A DNA stretch of 64,000 nucleotides. Source: Octopus sinensis. Taxonomy: Eukaryota. Each line of letters opens with the position of its first letter. The stretch's first letter is position 1. Made by a program: the position numbers and the translations under genes. The notes under the pieces were generated by a model, which was not told the DNA's origin, made no database searches, and saw only the letters and a program-made list of their open reading frames with translations. The stretch spans positions 100,626,001-100,690,000 of the forward strand of contig NC_042998.1 of assembly GCF_006345805.1 (NCBI RefSeq), in the 5' to 3' direction. Shown one piece after another: positions 13,360 to 24,525 of this stretch.

Positions 13360-13457
13360 ATATATATAATATATATATATTATTATATAATATATATAAT
13401 ATATATAACATATAATATATATAATAATATATATATATATATATAATATATATATAA

Positions 13458-13490
<33 letters not shown>

Positions 13491-13614
13491 AATATATATA
13501 TACATATTATATAATATTATATATAAATATATATATACATATATATACGTATATATATATATAATATATATATATATTATAATATATATATACATATATA
13601 CGTATATATATATA

Positions 13615-14010
13615 CTAGCAGTGTCGCCCGGCGTTGCTCGGGTTGTAAGGGAAATAATTATATAAGCATTTTTAGAGATGTAAAGTATAATAGCCATCTC
13701 AATATGGCTAACCACAAAGGGGGAGGGGGGGTGTTACTGTAGCTTTTTACGTTCTGAGATTTAATAATAAATTTTAGAGAGTTACTTCCCTTATATATGT
13801 CAAAATGGATAAAAAATGGGAAAAATTGATGGTAAATTTTTTTAAAAATCGTAGACTCATCGTAGACGCGCGCTAATACCCAGACGGTCTCGATATGAAT
13901 CACGACTATAAGATACCCGGTTTTGGTTAAACTGCACCGCAAAATGTGGGAGTAGTTAGGAATCTAAATCGTAGGAGACAGACACACAACCTCACTTTTA
14001 TATATAAAGA
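13615..14010 (-). mobile_element. Non-autonomous Helitron, family A, copy 2 (complete)
   Basis: On the minus strand: 5' TC at 14010-14009 preceded by A; 3' hairpin CCCGAGCAACGCCGGG then CTAG at 13618-13615 followed by T. No TSD. Confidence 0.88.
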
Positions 14011-14073
14011 TTTCCTCTATTTACATAATATTGAGGTCTCTTTCTTTCTTTTGTTATCTTACTGTTTTTACCA

Positions 14074-14128
<55 letters not shown>

Positions 14129-14379
14129 TATATAGTTACAGAGATGTACTTGCATAGCAAGTGACTTGATCTGAGATCGCGACCTGTTAGCACGATATTT
14201 TTGTCAGTGAACAGGTCGCGGTCTCAAAGCGACGAAAATATTTTGGCAAATTAAATTTAAATGTTGAAGTGAATCTAACGGTTTTTGTGTTTCTTAAATG
14301 GCTTACAAACACCTTCCACACTGCAATATATATATACACACATATATATATATGTATGTATGTGTGTATATGTGTATGC

Positions 14380-14615
14380 ATGTATGTGTGTGTGTGTGCG
14401 TGTCTGTGCTTGTGATTGTCCTCCACCACTGCTTGACAACGAATGTTGGTTTGTTTACATCCCTGTCACCTAGTGGTTTGACAAAGGAAACAGATAGAAT
14501 AAGTACAATGCTTACAAAAATAAAACTGGAGTTGATTCATTAAACTACAATTCTTCAAGGCATTGCCCCAGCATGGCCACAGACCAATGGCTGGAAAAAG
14601 CAGAAGAATAAAAGA
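14380..14615 (+). mobile_element. SINE family A, 3' half
   Basis: Similar to the family A body (GATAGAATAAGTAC...CCAGCATGGCCAC). Confidence 0.7.
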
Positions 14616-14904
14616 ATACATTCTCTGCTTTGGTCTTATGTTCAAGGCATGAGAAAGCTTGAGTTTACATGAGAAGGCCTAACAAACCTGGTAGAAACAG
14701 CAGCCAAATCTCCCTCAAATCACACCTTACTGTCTTATGTATGTATATATATATGAGCCAATGAGGGGGACCTCTACATGGCAGCTAGACATGGTAGAAA
14801 TAGCAGCCAAATCTCCCTCAAATCACACCTTACTGTCTTATGTATGTATATATATATATATATATATATACAAGCCACTACGGTTATTTAATGTAAAGTC
14901 TTCC

Positions 14905-15334
14905 TCAAATCATTCTCGCTATTTACTCTCTTCCAAGAACATTTTCACTCACTCTTATCTCTTAGCTTGCCCTACATTTTACTCATGTATCTATCAGCGT
15001 GATAGACAGAAATAAATATTACATCGCCATCGCATTCTATTGTCTGTCAACACACACACAGTGAATTACTTTCATTTTATTCGTTGCACACTGTGTGTGT
15101 GCGTGTGCGTGTGGTGTAAACCACATTAAGAAAAGCATTTGACATACACACCAGAATGTGAGTTTTCTGTAAATTTTGCTTAATTGGAGTTTAAATTTTA
15201 AAAACTGGACCTGGCATGACCCGATGCATTCTACTCTTAAAAATGCTAGGTAAATTGTAATTGAAGAAATCCTATATTGTAGATTTCTATAACTGACAAA
15301 GGGAGGCAGATAAAATCTGCCTTTTATAATAAGA
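14905..15334 (-). mobile_element. Helitron-like repeat, family B, copy 1
   Basis: Near-identical to 16115-16508. Minus-strand 5' end TCTTATTATAAAA followed by the palindrome GGCAGATTTTATCTGCC. Confidence 0.6.
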
Positions 15335-15729
15335 CTAGCAGTATCGCCCGGCGTTGCTCGGGTTGTAAGGGAAATAACTATATAAGCATTTTTAGAGAGT
15401 TATAGCCAAAAAATAGCAAAAAAATGCATTAAAAATTGAAAAAAAATTAAGGTAAATTTTAAAAAAAATCGTTGACACATCGTAGATATTTTTAGAGAGT
15501 TACTTCCCTTATATAAAAGCGAAAAAAATGCATTAAAATGGAAAAATATGATGGTAAATTTTTTTAAAATCGTAGACTCATCGTAGACGCGCGCTAATAC
15601 CCAGAAGGGCTCGATATGAATCACGACTATAAGATACCCGGTTTTGGTTAAACTGCACCGCAAAATGTGGGAGTAGTTACGAATCTAAATCGAAGGGGAC
15701 AGACACACAACTTCACTCTTATATAAAGA
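15335..15729 (-). mobile_element. Non-autonomous Helitron, family A, copy 3 (complete)
   Basis: 5' TC at 15729-15728; 3' hairpin then CTAG at 15338-15335. Confidence 0.88.
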
Positions 15730-16114
15730 TGCTTTTTCTTTTCAGTCATAGAGTTAGATTTATGAAGGTCTTCAGTAGAAAATCCTTCGAATTCTGACTC
15801 GCTGCTTGATATAATGAAATTCGTATCCATTTTTTGTCAGAATTACAAATTTTGAAAACACAATAGGAACAAATTTCGGAAAAAAATCTCCCATAATTCA
15901 CGGAATTAAAATTACACTTCGATTTTTGTACAAAACTGTATTTGAAGTGTTTACGAAGTATAATACGTGTTTTCACGAATGTACTAAAGAGATTTACTCT
16001 GATATTCTCATTTAAATATGAATAGGTAAATTCGGGCGGTTTGGTAACGAAAGGGTTTATATAAGTGTCGTCTGTTTATACATAAACACTGTTTCATACT
16101 TTCAGTTTAGTCTT

Positions 16115-16508
16115 GCTCAAATCACTCTGTCGCTAATTTACTCTCTTCCAAGAACATTTTCACTCACTCTTATCTGTTAGCTTCCCATACATTTTACTCA
16201 TGTATCTATCAGCGTGATAGACAGAAACAAATATTACATCTAGTTTCACTTTATTCGTTGCACACAGTGTGTGTGCGTTTGCGTGTGCTGTAAACCAGAC
16301 TAAGAAAAGCATTTGACATACACACCAGAATGTGAGTTTTCTGTAAATTTTGCTTAATTGGAGTTTAAATTTTAAAAACTGGACCTGGCATGACCCGATG
16401 CATTCTACTCTTAAAAATGCTAGGTAAATTGTAATTGAAGAAATCCTATATTGTAGATTTCTATAACTTACAAAGGGAGGCAGATAAAATCTGCCTTTTA
16501 TAATAAGA
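16115..16508 (-). mobile_element. Helitron-like repeat, family B, copy 2
   Basis: Direct repeat of 14905-15334. 5' TC at 16508-16507 next to (TA)n. Confidence 0.6.
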
Positions 16509-16593
16509 TATATATATATATATATATATATATAACATTATTGGTGAATTGAAGAAATGGAGCTGAACGCAGATTGAACAGAAATCGTTTTAT

Positions 16594-16680
16594 TTCATTC
16601 TACACGTGTTTCGAAAGGCACAAATTACCAAAATCCGATTGAATAATGGGACCATATTGTGTCTTTCTCTTCAGGAAGAA
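16594..16680 (-). ncRNA. Type I hammerhead ribozyme with extended stem II
   Basis: Minus strand reads TTC-CTGAAGA-GAAAGACACAA..(33-nt loop)..TTGTGCCTTTC-GAAA-CACGTG-TA-GAA. Core intact; stem III is the palindrome ACACGTGT. Confidence 0.75.
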
Positions 16681-17184
16681 AATAGGAAATCCGTTGGAAA
16701 AACAAAAACAGAACAGAGGCGGAGCAAAAACAAATCGAACTATGCTCCTAAGAGCCCATGGCGAAACTGTTTATCAGTGTATGTTGAGAACCGGTGGCTG
16801 AAGAATTTAACGGGTCAGGCATCGGTCAATCATGTGGGTGAGGGTGTGTGGGTGTTCTTTGTGACCGAGAATAAAGTTCTGACTATTTAAGGAATATTGG
16901 ATGTTTTATAAGGGGCGAGAAAAAATCTACTTAGAGACGTGTGTGTGTGTATACTGTTCTATATATGTGTGTGTTGGCGTAGGGGTAGAAAACATTTTTT
17001 GTGTACGTGTGTGCGTTTGATCGTTCGCTGTCAGTGGCTACTGCCGCGAGAACCGTTGGGTGGCAGAAAAAAAAAATATATATTATGTTTTATGTGTGTG
17101 TGTGTTCATCTAAGCCTGCCTTGTCAAGGAAACCCCAATGGCTTTTAAATAGCGTTTATAAATAATACCGGCACCCATAGCAAG

Positions 17185-18190
17185 GCACTGTGCTGGGCCC
17201 ACTTCTTTTCATCATCTACATTAATGACATCATCAAGCACAGCAACATAAAAATCTTTGCAAATGATTCCAAGCTACAGAAGGTCATAAATGAGGCGAGT
17301 GACCGGACATGCCTTCAGTCAGATCTACTGGCTGTTATCCAATGGGCAGAAAAAAACAATATGCTGCTGAACGAGGATAAATTTGAGTTAATCCACTTTG
17401 GAAAAGAGGATGCCCTGAAACTCTCATACTCCCTTCCTTCAGGTGAAACTCTCGTGGCATCCAACAACATCAGAGACTTGGGAGTAATTGTGGACAACAA
17501 CATAAGCTGGGCCACTCATATAAACACCAAAGTTGACATGGCCCGCAGAATGTGTTCCTGGATTCTCAGAACTTTCCAGTCGAGAGATATCCACACCATT
17601 ATCCTTCTCTTCTCCACTTTTGCCTGACCCCACCTTGAATACTGTTGTCCACTGTGGTCTCCCCACACAAAACAAAGTATCATAAAAGTTGAAGCACCTC
17701 AAAGGGCAATCACAAAAAAGATAGATGGCATGACAGGCCTCGACTATTGGGGTCGACTAGAAAAGCTAAAACTTTATTCTCTCCAACGTCGTCGTGAGCG
17801 CTACATCATCTGCATGATGTGGAAAATATTCCCACAGCATTGCCCAAATGATGTTGGCATCACCTTTAAGGTACATCCAAGGCTTGGGCCCCGTGCCATC
17901 CGCCCAAAACAAAAATCGCACTCTCATCTCATAACAACAATACGGCACAATTATTTCACCTCAATTGGCCCCGCTCTCTTTAACATTACACCAAAACAGA
18001 CAGATTCCTTCAAGAAATCCCGGATAAACCCCCTACACCCGGATATGTCTCTGTAAACAATAACTCTCTACTTGAGTGGGCCATAGTGCCCAAATTCTGA
18101 CTTGAAAGACTTCACCAGGTGGTGCTATTAAGTTAGACATGGCCTGGGCCTATAATGGCCGAAACCTATCAAAGTATCAAAGTAAGTAAA
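17185..18190 (+). mobile_element. CR1-type LINE 3' fragment
   Basis: LGPLLFIIYIND, IFANDSKL (from FADD), RDLGVIVD, PHLEYCCPLWSP, LYSLQRRRERY. Short tandem tail (TATCAAAG)x2. Confidence 0.88.
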
Positions 18191-18191
18191 G

Positions 18192-18267
<76 letters not shown>

Positions 18268-18321
18268 TATACATATATATACGTATATATTATATATATA
18301 TATATACATATATATACGTAT

Positions 18322-18418
<97 letters not shown>

Positions 18419-18437
18419 ATATATATTATATATATAT

Positions 18438-18620
18438 CGTGGCACTCAGTTGATTATGACGATGAGGGTTCCAGTCGATCCAATCAACGGAACAGTCTAC
18501 ACGTGAAATTAACATGTAAGTGGCTGAGCACTCCACAGATACGTATACCCTTAATGTAGTTCTCAGGGAGATTCAGGGTGACACACTGTATGACAAGGCT
18601 GGCCCTTTGAAATACAGGTA
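18438..18620 (-). mobile_element. SINE family C fragment
   Basis: Shares ATCAACGGAACAG...GGCTGAGCACTCCAC...GACAAGGC.GGCCCTTTG with 20545-20850. Confidence 0.7.
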
Positions 18621-19093
18621 CAACAGAAACAGGAAGAAAGAGCGAGAGAAAGCTGTAATGAAAGAGTACAGCAGGGTCCGCAATCACCTCTTGCTGGAGC
18701 CTTGTGGAGCTTTAACCACTGGACCACAGCACCTACACAATATATATATACATTACACATCTCTCTCTCTCTCTATATATATATATACGCATCACACTTA
18801 TGTATATATATATATATATATAATACACACACACCGGAGTAAGCACATAAATGTGAAGCAAGGTGGAAAAAATAGTACTCGAATACCAGAGGTTGAGTAA
18901 TATGCTTTATTGAAAAGCAGCAAAAATATCAAAAAAGCTGTTACTCAGAGTTTCATGTTCCCATTCATTTGATAGTTTTGTTTAGAATGTCTAAACAAAA
19001 CTGTCCGACTAACAGGCACACGAAACTCTAAGAAACAGTTTTTGTAATATTTCTATCCTTAGGAATGAGAACCCAGGTTTGAAATTTCCCCAA

Positions 19094-19139
19094 GACACCT
19101 GATGAAGGCTGGAGGGTATATCAGCCGAAACGTTGTGTT
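19094..19139 (+). ncRNA. Minimal type I hammerhead ribozyme
   Basis: GACAC-CTGATGA (19099-19105)-A-GGCTG..CAGCC-GAAA (19127-19130)-CGTT-GTGTT. Stem I GACAC/GTGTT, stem II GGCTG/CAGCC, palindromic stem III AACGTT. Confidence 0.75.
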
Positions 19140-19644
19140 AACAATAAACAAGATGAGGACAAATATATGTCAGATGTAAATAATGTAAATAGAAACAGGA
19201 CATACAAGAAACCAAACAAAACATAAACAAACAGGGAGGGCAGTTAGGTCAGACGAGGTAAGGTAGCTAATGCTGGAAGAAGATTCTTTGATAAGAGAAA
19301 AGATAGGAGAAGAGACAGATAAGGATGCGTCTGGTCTGTAGTGACAGACAGAAGGAAAAGAAAGATGGACAATAGTCACGTGTGAGCAACAAGAGAGAGA
19401 GAGTAAAGGAGGAAGAAGGAGAGAGAGAGACTCAGATAGAAAACAGTGAAGGGGAGAAAAAGATTAGAGAAGGATCAGAGAAAAAACGAAAGGGGAAGGA
19501 GGGGAGAAAAAAGAATTAGAGAAAGGAAGAGAGAAAATGAAAGGGGGAGAGACAGAACAGTACAGGGTGGCGTCGCATCAAAATTATTAAGATAAACTTG
19601 GATATGGACACACGGTGTTCAGTCATATAATAATATAAATAATA

Positions 19645-20052
19645 GGATCTTTTCGGTTTGAACGGCAGTTTTTTAAAATAATTTCCACGTAACTAAACAC
19701 TTTTAAACTTCGTATACTGGTAGAATGTGTTTATAAAACATCTCTTTCTCTTGGCTTTATTGAGAAAATTCTATGGTTTGTAAGATATTTGTTGTTTTTT
19801 TTCTTCAATTTCAACCAATCAATGACGTCTGTTGAGGTGAAAACATTCTGTGCTATATGAATATGTCCCTCTTTTAAGAAACAGATTGGGTTTACTTACA
19901 TTTCTGAAGAAAAAAAGATACCCTTCCCTCCACCCTTAACCCTAACCCTAAAACAGATTGAAATGCAATAGATTGATACTAGGGTCATTAATTATAGGTG
20001 ACAATTTCATATGACACCGCTAGAAAAACTGCCATTCAAACCGAACAGATCC
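19645..20052. mobile_element. MITE with about 28-bp TIRs and TA flanks
   Basis: GGATCTTTTCGGTTTGAACGGCAGTTTT at the left and AAAACTGCCATTCAAACCGAACAGATCC at the right, flanked by TA. Internal TTAACCCTAACCCTAA. Confidence 0.85.
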
Positions 20053-20544
20053 TATATATATGCATATATACATACATATATATGTATATATATATATATG
20101 CATATATGGGTACAGGATGTCACAAAACATAAACAACATGGATTACGAAATACAAAAATGTGAAATACAAACGTGGGTATGTGAACAACGAGAGAAACAA
20201 ATAGAAAACAAGACATGTAGCATAAAGAACGACCCTTCATCAGTTGTCGGCTGTTTATCTACTCCACATTTCGAGCAATTCATGACAATATGTGTCTTCG
20301 AGAAACAGTTGCTCCCACAAACCAAAATAAAATTTGGGATTTGTGGAGGGTCAAAGTTGGTAATAAAAACAGGACATACAAGAAATCAAATAGGGAGGGC
20401 TGTTAGGCCAGACAAGGTAAGGTAGCGAACGCTGGAAGAAGATTCTTTGGTAAGATCTTTAAGATTTTTTCTCTTCAAGGTCCACTGTTATGTTTATACT
20501 GTTGGGTGACCATAGCTAGGAGCAGTAGTCCAGGTGGCTGAGGA

Positions 20545-20848
20545 TGAATGTTCTCAGAGACGAGATTCCTAGCTGATACGATCAACGGAACAGCCTGCTT
20601 GTGAAATTAATGTGCAAGCGGCTGAGCACTCCACCAACACATGCATCCTTAATGTAGTTCTCAGGGATATTCAGCGTGACACAAAGTGTGACAAGGCCGG
20701 CCCTTTGTAATACATGTACTGCTCATTTTTGCCAGCTGAGTGGACTGGAGCAGCGTAAAATAAAGTGTCTTGCTCAAGGACACTATCCGTCACCGGGAAT
20801 TGGACTCATGACCTTACGATTCTAAGCTGAATACCTGAACGATTAAGC

Positions 20849-20850
<2 letters not shown>
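20545..20850 (-). mobile_element. tRNA-derived SINE, family C
   Basis: Minus-strand head TGGCTTAATCG...GAGTCCAATTCCC and body TTGAGCAAGACACTTTATT. Homologous to the 6236-6500 and 18438 copies. Confidence 0.75.
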
Positions 20851-20888
<38 letters not shown>

Positions 20889-21092
20889 ACACCAAGTAAG
20901 TTAGGGGTTATGGATCCAACCCACTAAGGGATAGTATTTATATATATATATACATACATATAAATCTATATATATATATATATGCCTCTATACATATACA
21001 TGTATATATACATCTATACATATACATCTATATCTATACATGCGCATATATATATGTGTGTGTGTATGCATGTATGTATATATATATATATA

Positions 21093-22923
21093 TCAACAGG
21101 AATGATTGTGGTAATTATAGAGGCGTATCATTGCTGTCTGTCGTAGGAAAGGTTTTATGCAGGGTACTTCTGGATCGTCTGCTGAAATACGTTGCAAATT
21201 GTGTTCTTCCAGAAAGTCAATCTGGCTTTCGTGTGGGACGTGGCACTGCAGATATGATCTTTTCAGCTAGACAGCTTCAGGAGAAGTGTGTGGAACAGGG
21301 TCTGGATTTGTATCAGGTTTTTGTCGATCTGACAAAAGCCTTTGATACCGTCAATAGAAAAGCATTGTGGAAAGTCCTCCAGAAACTTGGGTGTCCTGAA
21401 AATTCCTTGCTTTGGTTAGGTCTTTTCATGAAGACATGAATGGTAGGGTGAATGTTAGAGGGAAAATGTCGGAGCCCATTTCAATACAAAATAGAGTGAA
21501 ACGGGGATATTCTGGCACCGACCATATTTTCTGTATATTTTGCGATGGTGTCCTGTATTGCATTCAGAAACTGCAGATACAGTGTTTACATATATTATCG
21601 AACCTCTAGCAGCATATTTAACATCAGGCGCTTTGGTGCGAAAACAAAGGTATTTACTTCTATCATGAGAGGCCTTTTGTATGCAGATGATTGTGAGCTA
21701 GCAGCACACACAGAGATTGATATGCAACACATTTTGAATGCATTCTCTGATGCTTGCACTGCCTTAGGATTGACAGTCAATCTCAAGAAAACTGTTGTCA
21801 TGCATCAACCTGCCCCTGGTAAGCAGTATAGTGTACCAAATATCTATGTGTATGGTAAACGGCTTGATGCAGTTGATCACTTTGTCTACCTGGGAAGCAC
21901 TATTAATAGATATAGCAATTTGGATGATGAAATTCCTTATAGAATTAGGAAAGCAAGTGTTGCTTTCGGAAGGCTAGAAAAGCGCTTCTGGAGTCAGCGA
22001 GACATATGCAGAAAGACAAAGATAAAGGTGTACAAGGCATGTGTGCTCCCTTCTCTTCTCTATGCCTGCGAGACGTAGGTCACATATTGATACCACCTTA
22101 AACAACTGGAACGTTTCCATCAGATGTGTCTCAGACGGATCTATGGTATTAAGTGGAAGGACCGCATCAGTGATCTTGAAATATTGGAAGGCTCTCGGTG
22201 TGAAAGTATAGAAGCTCTTGTGTTAAAGCAAAGGCTCAGATAGAGTGGTTATCTGGTCAGGATGAATGATTCAAGGATGCCAAAACAACTCTTTTATGGA
22301 GAGTTAGCTAAAGGAGAACGACCTCCACATAAACCAAAAAAGAGGTATAAGGACTTGCTGAAGGCTTCCTTAGGAGATGCTTGCATCTCTCCTGACACAT
22401 GGGAAGGCATAGCTATTGATCGTAGCAGGTGGAGAAGGATTGTGCATGAGGGGACAGCCACTTCTGAGAAACCTCGAGTTGCACATGAGAAAGTAATGAG
22501 GGATGTCAGGAAGGGCATCGCTGTTACACTTCCAGATGGGAAGGGTCTTCCTATGATGCTGACATGCAGTGTCTGTGCAAGAACCTGCCTCAGTAAAGCT
22601 GGACTCAAGAGTCATCTTCGTAGTCATAAAGCGAGACAGATGAGTGACAACCTGGCCACTGGTGGTGGTGTTACACGCCATACTAATCATATCTGTCAGG
22701 CATGTGGAAGAGAGTGTAATTCGGCAGGAGGACTTAAACTACATGCGAAGGTACATGAAGCCCAGTTACAACTACAGCCGGCTATTACCGGTAAAGGTTT
22801 TAGTTGCCAATTCTGTACAAGACATTGTAGATCTTTGGCTGGACTAAAGAGTCACATTCGATCACAGTACCAGGAACAGTTAAGCTTCGTGCAATGGCCA
22901 TTCTCGATAACGAGGGGACAGCC

Positions 22924-22925
<2 letters not shown>
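21093..22925 (+). mobile_element. 5'-truncated RTE-BovB-like LINE with three C-terminal C2H2 zinc fingers
   Basis: [68 protein letters not shown], then three CxxC-x12-HxxxH-type repeats. Frameshifts and stops. (TA)n on both sides. Confidence 0.92.
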
Positions 22926-22990
<65 letters not shown>

Positions 22991-23143
22991 TCTCTAGTTT
23001 CAGCTCAATGCTGCGGCCATGCTATACACATGCATGTATACATATACATCTATATAAATGCATCGATATATATCTACATATATATACAAACATATATATG
23101 TTCCGATGTACACACACACATATAATAAATAGTAAATATATAT

Positions 23144-23189
<46 letters not shown>

Positions 23190-24525
23190 CATACACATAT
23201 TGGTACAGAACATCACCAACGGTTCAAACAACATTAAATAGGTAAATAACGGGAAAAAAGTAGCGTACGAACAGGTCATAACGAACCAAGGAACGTAACT
23301 CTCGGTGACTATTTTTCGTTGAATTTAAGGAAATTTCAAGATTCAATGTTTGTTCATAATGAGAAATATTAAACAATCTTTTCTTATGTTTACGATTTCG
23401 GACACATTTCAAATAAGCGTATTGTTGTTGGTTATAATTTAAATTAAACGCATGAGTATATCAGTAAGTCATAATCTTCATAAAACGAGACATATATATA
23501 TATGTGTGTGTGTGTTCGAGACATTTGGTGGGAGTCAGACTGCTAATTGCGAGATTCCTGTCTTCACTGGCAACTCGCCTTGCAGAGGTAACTAGTGAAG
23601 CTCGTGAGGGCGCTTTGCCGTTCCATCTCATCAGATTTGCCATCACCCGCGGCAATGCTGCAAGCGTGCTGGCATGTCTCAATAGCCATTAGAGAGGCTT
23701 CCCAGCGCCCCCAAATTTTCAACCAAAGGTGGTGAATTTTTTTTTTTTTTTTTAATTTCTGTTTGGTCTAGTTTTATAGTTTGATTGGCGTAACTTCCAT
23801 ATATGTACCGGATACATTTCAAGAAAGTGTTTTTTTTTTATATATGGGGGTTAGGGTTAGGGGTGGGAGAAAAGGGTCTCTGTTATCTTCAGAAATGTAA
23901 ACAAAGTCACGTGTGTACCTATACCGAAGCATCGCCGTTTGATTTTGTAAAACGGTAAACAACGTGAAGGCAATAAAATTTTCCTATATATAGTCCACAA
24001 AAGAAAAATAAAGGCTTATTCTTTGCGTGATATCTAATTCATAACAATATTTATGTAAAAACAAAAGAGGAAAATATCATTACTCTTAGGTAAGCGACAA
24101 CAAAACCTTTTAAATTTAAAAAGACATTTACTGGACTTTCTTTAATTAGAGTCACCTTTGAGTAATCACCGAATTTGCAAGTGCGGACCTTTTCTCTGAA
24201 ATGTGATTATTTGTTTTCGAGATGTTTACAACAGATTTAAATGGAACTTAGCATTAAAATTAAGTTTTCACAAATATTATTGGATTGCATTGTATTAATG
24301 AATTTTTCATTGTTATTTTATTTGTTTCCTTCTCGTTTTCATCTTCAATAGCTTCTTCGAATAACTTCTTTCAGTTTCAGTTTATTAATGGAATCTTGGC
24401 GGATAATTTATACTTATTCTCTTAAATTCTTCGAAACGAATTCCATTTCATTAATTTTCATCGTGTCGAAATATTTCGCTCCTCTATTTCCTCTTACATT
24501 TTTGCCTCTTTACAATCATTTACAA

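Noticed and set aside
20225-20330. CTGATGA on the minus strand as a hammerhead
   Set aside because: No stem II closing onto a GAAA at a compatible position.
23461-23682. 73-aa ORF resembling a mitochondrial targeting peptide; also weak group I intron-like words (AATTGCG, ATATAGTCC)
   Set aside because: The ORF starts at TTG and runs into a microsatellite without a clear donor. The group I core pairings (P3, P7) could not be built.
23847-23862. Interstitial telomere or telomerase RNA template
   Set aside because: Only about 2.5 repeats, and they are part of a MITE family also seen at 19935.
24388-24525. N-terminal extension of TRPT1 from the upstream ATG
   Set aside because: T-rich, UTR-like sequence with no family similarity. 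The ATG at 24526 is preferred, though not proven.
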